Below are positions 55,079-64,000 of a stretch of DNA of 64,000 nucleotides, one piece after another (position 1 is the stretch's first letter; every line of letters begins with the position of its first letter). The notes under the pieces were generated by a model. It was not told where the DNA came from and did no database searches. It saw only the letters and a program-made list of their open reading frames with translations. A program made the position numbers and the translations under genes. This DNA comes from Balanoglossus misakiensis. Its lineage: Eukaryota; Animalia; Hemichordata. Where the stretch lies: assembly GCA_040954595.2 (NCBI GenBank), contig CM082583.2, positions 9,596,254-9,660,253 on the forward strand, in the 5' to 3' direction.

Positions 55079-55654
55079 ATGAGCGAACGAAGACCATCCG
55101 TGTCTTCTCGGCGGAGCTCGATACAAGTTGAGCCCAAAGACGGCCAAGGTTTCGTGGTCCAGACCGGGCCATCATCTAGCGTCGACGATGGCGATTCTCA
55201 CGGCAAAGGCAAGCCGAGTCTGGCCGCTTTTCGCAGATTCTCCCGGCGCACGTCGATTTTGGGATTCCCGCGGCCGATTCTCAGAAACAAGCCCAAACTG
55301 GAGAACACGTATAAAATGAACGCCGATGGCAACCAGCGTTTCAACGCCACGCGAGTCGAGAAAATGCTTCAGACTCTCCTGAGCTCGCACCTGGACGACA
55401 AAGTGTACGACCCCAAATCGGCCACGTCTCTGGCGGCGAGCATCGCCGACGTAGCGAAACATCAGACCAAAATCATGGGGTTTGAGCGGCACAAGATCGT
55501 GACTCACGTTGTCATTGGCAACATCGTCAACCAAGGGGTTGAGACCTGCAGTCGGTGCCTCTGGGACGCCAGGAACGACGACTTCGCGTCCGCTTATTAC
55601 AGAAATTCGTCGCTTTTCGCGGTCGCGACGGTATACGGAGTTTACATGGAATAA
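55079..55654 (+). CDS. Tctex1-domain dynein light chain (TCTEX1D1/DYNLT5-like), 191 aa, single coding exon
   Basis: ATG at 55079 (MSERRPS...). Contains KLENTYKM...F, LDDKVYDP, RHKIVTHVVIG...QGVETCSRCLWD...DDFASAYYRNSSLFAVATVYGVYME*, the Tctex-1 domain with the basic/Ser-rich N-extension of the TCTEX1D group. The exact paralogue is not assignable by eye. Confidence 0.92.
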   Translation: MSERRPSVSSRRSSIQVEPKDGQGFVVQTGPSSSVDDGDSHGKGKPSLAAFRRFSRRTSILGFPRPILRNKPKLENTYKMNADGNQRFNATRVEKMLQTLLSSHLDDKVYDPKSATSLAASIADVAKHQTKIMGFERHKIVTHVVIGNIVNQGVETCSRCLWDARNDDFASAYYRNSSLFAVATVYGVYME

Positions 55655-57051
55655 CTGCTGCATCTCGTCTGCTGCGGATTGACCTGTGTCTGTATGAATG
55701 CAACAAAAATGTGATGTATTTCGCAGTCGCAAAAGGGAGCAAAACATGACATGAAGGTTACAAAAACGAAATTCTGCTACTATAGTTGCACCACTCTTTC
55801 TGATCTGCATTGCACCGTGAATGAAGGGATTGCTTTACTCCCCAAAATTACTGACCAGAGAACATGTTTTCAGATGAAACTCCTTTTGTTACAGTGGTGA
55901 TGTTTAAGTGGCGTTAAATTGTCGAGTGACGAAAGTGTATTCACAAGTTGTTTGATTCAGCGACGCCAAAAATGTGCGCCTCAAAATGCCTCCAGGAAAT
56001 TAGGCCTAATGGATGGATGTAGACTACATGTGCCTGCACGTGGTGGGAATTCAGCTTTGACCACTGAACTGGTCATTTACCACGAGCAGACCAATATATA
56101 CGACCTCTGTGAAGGAACCAAAAATGTCAAAAGTTAGCGACTTTGTCCCTTTAAGGAGTTCATCGGCTTTTGGTTGATTTGTTTGGGCGGCGTTACTATG
56201 CTGCCGTACCGGTTCAGCTCGACTTCGCCTCTCGTGTGTTTTCGTCGATGACAATGCGAAGTGTCTCACGGACAAAAGACACATACCCTCCCTCCCTTGT
56301 CCTGGCTTCACCTCTTTTACACGCAGACGACAATTACCTATAGATTCATATAAATCCACCCCGATCTGCGGCGGCTTTTGTTCTACCGGTGACAAAAGAA
56401 ACCCTTCAATGGCTCGGATTTTATGATCTTGGAAACGGCGGTCCGAAAACAGAAATCGGCGAGATTTAACGCGAATGCAGTCAAGTGGTAATGGGAGTTT
56501 GATCCCACTTCACATCGACTCGGGGACCGCCCTGTAATTGAGACGGATCAGTTGGAGACCTTCGTAACTGTTTGTCGTTTATAAATTGATGGCCGGGTGG
56601 TGTGAAACTTTTTTTTTTTTTGCAAATGGCCATTTCAAGCGCCTTGTGTGAAACTTTCGACCGGGGAACTTACAAAAAGTGTCAGGGCACTCTAAAGTAC
56701 TAGTATAAACTAGCTAAGTTTAAAACTTTGGTTTTCGAGGCGCCAACTACCTTAAATGAACTGTTGTTTCAAACATGAACTGTAATTTACTGTATGCACA
56801 AGTTGCCGAGCGGCTATCAAGTATGACACGTATTCCGTGTACACAATCACGGTCCTTCTATACTCATGACAGAACGATTTACATAGTTTGTATTCAGCTT
56901 TCGTGGCTAATGCAATTTAACATGTGAAACTCAATAAAGACGAATAAATAGTATTGTAATGACATGCATGTTGTTTCTGGACTGACAACGGGCTTCATCT
57001 TAAACTTTTATTGCGCTTCTTAAAGGGACATTTCTGCGCCGGCAGATTGCC

Positions 57052-57065
57052 GTAACCATGGCGAC
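57052..57065. promoter_or_regulatory. RFX X-box-like palindrome
   Basis: GTAACCATGGCGAC, between the convergent 3' ends of the Tctex1-domain gene and the GPCR gene. Confidence 0.4.
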
Positions 57066-59479
57066 GGAGAACACAGCCGACCGATGCCGTGCTGGGATCA
57101 CAAAGTGATTTTTCCGAACAATTCGGATGCAACGTTGTATCTCAGATATTGTTGCATGAGTGGTGAAAGGCCTTTGTGTCGCTAGTTGTTTTGCGTCTAT
57201 TGGTTAAACTGACGACAATTTAACAAACATCAATACGTCTCCACAAACGAGACAGATATTTGGCTTACACGCCGACGTGACACAAATAAACTAACGAGTC
57301 TGTTGATGTGTGGAGTGACGAAATTGGATCCTGTTTCGTTTAGGAAGAATGACTGTAGATATTGATGATACTGTACACATAGACACAAGCCCAGACACAC
57401 ACATATATACAGACGTTAAACAAATTCCATTCGGACTGTCTCTGTATTGTTATGTTGTTGTGTAAACAATTACAACCCGTTGAGGAGGGCTCCACGAAAG
57501 CCCTGGTAACCCATCGAGTCACGTGGGCGTTGCTACGCGCTGGAGTAAAGTGGTAATTCATGTTATAACGTAAACAGTCCATGCCTTGCACTGCAGACTA
57601 CTTGAGCGTACTCAGGGCTAAAGAGGCTTCCCCGGTAATTGTCGAGTGGGGGCAATATTTTAAAACGCACTTACAAACCCGAATAAAGGTCATTTTAAGT
57701 TCATTTTCTGTAAATCACATCGGTGCGCCACCAAGTGGTGAGACACCGTCTTACCCTTGTCTTCTGGTACAGTTGATAGCGCGTATCTACAACCACAAAT
57801 ATATAACCCAGTAAAAAGAATACAGACAGAATTGCAAGTTTACATTTCTCTTACTAAGACCATTTTTATTGTATTACGTACAATGTAATATAACATACTT
57901 AAAATAACCCTTGTATTCGTACTCTAATGATGTTTTCTACCAAATGATTCCCAGTTAGATGATTGTATACAGATGGAGATATAGACCTCGATTGCCAACA
58001 TTAACAAAAGTGAATTCTTGTTCTAATTATTGAGGTAAAAGTAACGTTATTAAGTACGGAACACACAGAAATGAAACATACAGATAGTGGTGTTTTCAAA
58101 ATCGACTTGTTCACGTGTGACATAGAAAAAAGTTCTAAAAATACAATAACTAAGTGTGAAGACTGTAATGGACAGTGCTAAGTTTTTCTGTTACATTATG
58201 TATTTTATTAAGAAAGTAATTGGACGTTTCAATCGCGGTTACATTGAAGTTCGCGTGTAGACTAATAGTCAAATTATCGTATATATTATTAATAGAGTAC
58301 ACTTGCTGGTTTTATTTGAAACGCGCACTGGCGCGATGATTTCCAAGCCCAAACACACGATTCTTGACAAAAACAACAATTTTCCAAATTTCAAGGAATA
58401 TTTAATACAATGGATTCATCTCGTGACCTGTACAGCCTGAGTGTATTGGTTGTAAAAAGTTGTAATCATCTCCGCCCGTTTAATGGCCACCTTCAACGGC
58501 GGCTAATTTCATCATGCTTTAATATCATACTGCCGTAGCAGTTTGAACAGTAGGTTTCAACCCACGCCCGTTGGAGAATACAGAATTGTTAAGTCATGAT
58601 AATTTCTCCCCTTTTATCAAATCTGTCATCACCGGATCACAAGCAGTGATAACTACAGTTGTACACAATGATAGCAGAAATAGGGTTTTTAGGTGGTTTC
58701 TCATTCAAACAGGAAAATATTACCGTGATGAAGGTGTGAAACGAAGTGCATTTAGTTTAGGCCCACTGTTGTGTTGAACAAGGGACAACTCCACACAGCG
58801 ATGGCTGCAAGAATCCATTGAATGAAAGGACCCACTGAGAGGGCCATCAAAATCACAGTGTGCTATAAATGACGAATATTTCTAGATATTGTGCATTACG
58901 TAAAGAATTGTCCCTACGACATTAAAAATACAGTTAAAAAAATTCTGAAGCGAAGACATTTTATATTTACAAGTGTTCCCAGCTTTCATACAGTTTCCTC
59001 TTTTTTCCCCCTCAAAATAGGACATAATTGAGATTGAAATGAAATTCTTATAGAATTCTGACTACCTTTTTTCCCCTTTTAATTTGTGTTAGGGGGTCAA
59101 ATCACGTGGTACTGAGTTGCACCACGGGTAAAAAAGTGGACCACCCATTGTGCGAAAAGTTTGAAATAGTCCGTGGTACAATGTTAATAGGATAAATCGT
59201 CCAAGTCTATGTATAAATAGCCCCACGGCCGTTGGTTAAACTATCCTAAATTATGAAGAAGAAAATGGCGACATAGTGGAGAACAGAATACATGGAGACG
59301 CAACAGTGTTGAAAACGGTATGATACAAACAAATAAGTGACACCAAAACGTTTCAAAATGGTAAAGGCGACTTTCTAGATGAGATAATGTGTAATGTTAT
59401 AGATTGACGTGCGGTTACTTGACCGTGAGTGGTCCCATTCAAAACATTCTGCCACCCGGAGGATCACGTGACATGCTCG

Positions 59480-60451
59480 TTAGATCGACGTCTCCTGGGA
59501 CTTTTCGGTTTGTTTCTTGGAATTTTGGCGCATGAGCGTCGTCGACTGCATGGTGTGGAATCTGGCCAATCGGCTGTTCTCGTCGGATATTCGGAAAAGT
59601 CGCTTGAAATACTTTTTGTACGTTTTCCCCATGAAGGCGTAGACGAACGGGTTGACGCAGGCGTTGGAGTAGGCGAGGCAGAGGCAGAAGACGCGAAAGT
59701 TCTGAAAGTGGAACGAGTTGAACGGGTAGTGGGAGTCGAAGCGCGCCCAGGTGTTCATGGCCTGCAGGGGACCCCAGGAGATGGCGAACAGCATGACCAC
59801 GATGAGCACCATCCGGGTCACTTTCCTCCGCCGGTGCATGGACTGCTTGACGTCATACAGCCCGCCATCGCTCCTGCCCAGCGCCTCCACCTTCCAGATC
59901 TGCTTCAGTATGAAGCCGTAGCAGACGGCGATGATGGCGAGCGGCAGCAGGTAGACCAGCACCAGCGAGTAGGCCTGGTAGAGCGAGGAGGCCGACACGG
60001 ACGGGAACGCCTCGTAGCAGATGACGATGTCATATCCATTGCAGTCCCAGGTCACCTGCTTGAAGTACATGGCGATCGGCACGTGAAGCAAAAATGACCC
60101 TGGAAAATAAAGTGAATACTTTTCAATAAATACAGCTTATAAAAAACAGGTGAAACGTGCTCCTCTATGCAAATTTAAAATTTGACATTATTAGACAAAA
60201 TTCTGTTTCTTTATCACAGTCCGAATAGATTACACTGGCTGTCTGATTAAGTGAGATGTTTTCTTTTTTACTTTTGCGCCACAAAATATTATCTGTGACA
60301 TAAAAGAAAACATACCAATCCATATGACAATGCTGATCATGACAGCTATCTTGGGTGTTCGTTCGTGTCTCGATTTCAGTGGTTGGCTGACAACGTAGTA
60401 TCTATCTACTGTCATTGCTGTCAATGTAGCACACGTGGCCTGCACAGACAC
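59480..60451 (-). CDS. KISS1R: Kisspeptin-receptor-type rhodopsin GPCR, 3' part (TM3 to C-terminus); 5' exons not found in the window
   Basis: Exons 60451-60316 (136 nt) and 60099-59480, joined in phase 1. VSVQATCATLTAMTVDRYYVVSQPLKSRHERTPK closely matches the recalled KISS1R TM3/ICL2 (VSVQATCATLTAMSVDRWY...RTPR). Also YLLPL (TM5), KVTRMV..VV.LFAISWGPLQ (TM6) and CLAYSNACVNPFVYAFMG (TM7). Orthology versus galanin/AstA receptors needs a phylogenetic tree. Confidence 0.8.
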
Positions 60452-61672
60452 CTGGAAGGGAAAGGAGATAGATTAGAATCACACAATCACCTCCGATGAA
60501 CAACGCCACCTGCCGGTAAAAACTCCCTCGGTCCTGGATTCCTTGATTACGTACGCAACTGTTTCAACTGATTTATAAAAGCATTGATTTTCAGTCATTG
60601 GGAACATGTTTGCGCTGACTGAAACGTCGCCGAATCAAGATTTACGCGCAGTTCAATTTATTAAGTACGAGGTATAGACTTCTGCCGATAACGTTTCAGT
60701 ATCAAGGCTCGGGCAGATACGGCATGACAGGGGAGGGCTGGTGCTTTTTGTATGACCGCTTTTAATGTCCATGTACCCAGATTTGACTATTAAACACCCT
60801 TGTGATAAAATACAGTAACTATGACATGGAACATGTCATTTACAATTATTCAGCATTTTAAAAGTTTGTACAAACGTCCTTGTGAAATAAAGCGGTCGCT
60901 GGCAATCAAGACAAGCAGCCGCCCGGTACATTTAATGATTAATATAATAAAAGCAAAGAGAGAGTGTCGGATAATCCGTTTAATAGGTTTTATGTGATGA
61001 CAGCGAAGGTTTGAACTGAAGCAGTAAAGTTTCACCTTATGCTAACCTTGGATTGCTGAGAAAGAAATCAACAAGACTTAATTTCGATGATTAAATTCGA
61101 ATCACATCGTCTGTGACGTTGAAGGGACAAAAGGTCGAGTCTGCCCTGCCTACATAGAGTCAATATACTTTTAATGTCCTGAAGTACGCAGGAATCCTCG
61201 ATAGGCCCATCTGCAGCCATTAACTATCTATTACCGGAATCGAAAGTCCCCGTCGCTAACTTCTCTAGCAACCAAGTCAAACGTTATTTTCCTTAGCAAC
61301 AGGCAGACGACAGACAAACGATAAAGTCAAATGTTGTTCACCCTTTAGCAAGACTGAGGCAAAAACGGTTTGCTTCTCAAACATCATACTCAGAACATTC
61401 ACGCAGCAACACACGCTCAACGACAGAATTCAAAATCCGTATGCAATACATGTTGATGTATAAACCCTCTGAAGCAAACCACACTTTCTCAATTTATATT
61501 CAATAACAGATCAATTTGCGGATAACTCAGTTAAGACTCGTGTAATGTTGCACCATGAAAAGCTATAATCTGATCGTTTTACACATCGCTAATTAAAATC
61601 ACACAATAGCTATATGTTCTGTCAAATGCATTTCCCACTTCCAGAGTTTCCCAGTGCCCTGTTCAATTTGAT

Positions 61673-62156
61673 GGTCGGTGGACTTATTGTATCGATCCAA
61701 GCGTTCGGAAAGGGGAAGGTTTCGCGTGTAAGTGTTGTTACCTCAAACGACATCCTGACCGGTGTTACAAATGCCGGATTCTTGTATACAGCGGCAGGTC
61801 TAAATGTATAAAGGGGAAAGCTTAATGCAGGTGGCTTTCATTTTGCACGGTCAGTTCCATTAAGCACAAAATGATGATGCGTTTGGACGCGGTCGACCTT
61901 TGACAGCCGCCACGACGAGAACACAAATCAAGTACGGTGGCGGCCTCTTGGAACCCATCGGAACCGCTGCCCCAATATCTTGATTGGATATTCTTAAAAA
62001 CGCGGATGTTCTGGGGTCACTGCCTTCATTCCATTCGCTTCGAAGAGCATCGTTAAAACTCTGCAAATAAACAAGTAAACGGGTTCCTCTTCGTCTAGAA
62101 AGAAAGTCCACGAGGTCAGTTAGGAGGTCGGCGGATTTATTGTATCGATCTAAGTG
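61673..62156. repeat. Degenerate dispersed direct repeat (two ~31-bp copies) in the GPCR intron
   Basis: ggtcggtggacttattgtatcgatccaagcg (61673-61703) versus ggtcggcggatttattgtatcgatctaagtg (62126-62156), 27/31 identical. Confidence 0.7.
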
Positions 62157-64000
62157 GAAACGACAACACTGACTTGCTACTCCCGTTTCTAATGGATAGA
62201 ACAGGTGTTACACGATTTGCTCGTCAACATGCTCAATGCGTCAGTGTTCTGGAAAAGTCTCCTGCACGAGACTTGATTCCCAAATAGCATCTTTCTGAGA
62301 GTGACTGGTAAATATACAGTGTCTGTATTTCCCTGGCTGAGTGAAGTTATCGAAATGAAGCATACGAAACTCCAATGCGATTAATTACGCGTTTTTTTCT
62401 CGGCAGGGCAACTTTAACAGAAAAATCTAAGAACCTTCGTTTCATAAGACGCAGTGCAATCTAAATAGTTTCAACCACATTTAATAGCGCCCCTGAGAGA
62501 AAACTGGTCGATTTAACAGGTATGCCGTGGTAGACTGTGATTGTATTTATTAGCTTTGTGAAAAGAATGTAGTCGGGCACAATAGAAACTCCACTTGACA
62601 TCTCAGAATCTTGAATTGAATGGACTGCTTTACTCGAAGCCAATGAAGTCTTATTTGGAAACTCCGGAAATTTGGTCAAACTCTGGTGCTGGATGGGACT
62701 ACTTGTGGTGAAATACACACGCTGACTTGGTTTCTTTTAATCTCCCGAACCTTTTTCATCGCAGCCTTTGACATTTAATACTTCAAACAATGTTAACATT
62801 GAACCGTATGTATTATCTGAGAATAGAAGTGAAGGACACTGTTCAAATATTCCCTGATTTGCGGGTTTCCTTATTTGAAATCGTTGATTTCGGATGAAGA
62901 AAGAAGGTTTACAGCAGTCATGCACTGAGTAAATCAACAATATGGGTATATTTGACAAAATTTGCACGTCTCGTGTGGAAAATTATGGGATTAACACAGA
63001 GCACGATGCGATTGGTAAACAAGCCAATATGGCCAGTTCCTTCTCGGTCATATTTTGTCGCTCATTTACGCTGAAACGTGCCTCTGTGAACTTGTCAAAA
63101 AATCTTCTTTTGTAATTTAGGACTGTAATGAATTGCCACCTCTCACCATACGTGACAGTTTTAAAATCATATCCGAACTCTTCAATCAATATGATATTAA
63201 AAAGACCGCGTGTCATCATCACATACCGTAACTTCACAGAACTTCTTTTCATTGGTTGGTTGTCATGAAATTTTGCATATGAATAGGCATTTGAAGTCAC
63301 GAGTGAGTAGTCTATACCTTTAGTCCCTGCTTTAGTCTATAGTCATGTTAAATTGATATACTTTTTATTTGACAATGTCACGAAGCACAATGCCCCTGAA
63401 TTCTGTGGCGGTAAAAATGATGTCCTTGAAAAGATTCTTGCCCCCGCAGGAAGAAAATGGATACTCCTAATTTGATGAGCGATTTGACAGACCCCAAGGA
63501 GTCTGCCATCGTTGTCAGCGATTATGTCCACAATTACATGTAACTCAATAATCAATATGTCGTCTTTCCACGACTCCAGAGCGATCTGACATCAGACTGC
63601 TGGAACTACAAACATGGATCTATTCAAGCTTTCGTGACATCCCTAGAACCAAACAGCCGACCTTTGGTCGGAAGTAAATCTAATAAATTCAGCGGAATTT
63701 ACGTAATTTTCTTCGGTAATTCCCAATAAATGCAGACGAGAATGTTGCTCACTTTGTGGTCAATCGTCTCGGATTAAGTCTGACTTGGCGGTCACGTATT
63801 CAGTTGTTAATGGAAGATTGTCATTTTATTTTAGGAATTGAGCGGTAACCCGGGACGCGTAAACGGAAACCTGCCTTCTCCTTCCATGACGATTTTTTTC
63901 AGGAGAGTCGTCCTGCCTTTTACACGTACATCTGTCGTTCGGCAGCTCAACTGCTCTCGCCTTGCACACAACGCGTCACTAGACGCAAACCGCGTTGCTC

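Noticed and set aside
55172-55810. 212-aa minus-strand ORF
   Set aside because: Antisense shadow of the Tctex1-domain CDS.
59429-60097. 222-aa plus-strand ORF
   Set aside because: Antisense shadow of the GC-rich GPCR exon.
60452-64000. Search for the GPCR TM1-TM3 exons; short minus-strand ORFs at 62461-63555
   Set aside because: No GN, LA..D or W..G..C motifs were found and the ORFs lack recognisable domains. The region is treated as intron, possibly with decayed repeats.

Overview
Compact, intron-rich animal genomic DNA (AT-rich introns mostly 100-300 nt, GT-AG splice sites). It is most likely a marine invertebrate bilaterian; the species cannot be determined from sequence alone. Five protein-coding genes were found. 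(1) The 5' part of PRRC1 (minus strand) runs off the left edge. (2) A complete SNX1/SNX2-type PX-BAR sorting nexin (minus, 14 coding exons, about 502 aa) has two GC-AG introns. (3) A complete ADGRV1/VLGR1/GPR98 adhesion GPCR (plus, 11947-51800) was reconstructed by hand as 101 coding exons and about 6,313 aa with consistent phases, ending in SIADTHL. (4) A Tctex1-domain dynein light chain (plus) has a single coding exon. (5) The 3' two coding exons of a kisspeptin-receptor-type GPCR lie on the minus strand. A TTAA-flanked Kolobok-like non-autonomous element sits in an ADGRV1 intron. The most interesting leads are three in-frame splice-variant candidates (6-nt and 18-nt microexons, a 42-nt alternative acceptor) that all fall in Calx-beta F-G loops, a PAN/Apple-like module nested in a Calx-beta repeat, and probable ancient linkage of these genes. 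No prokaryotic-type system, CRISPR array or RNA gene was seen. Comparisons with human proteins are from memory and were not run as searches.
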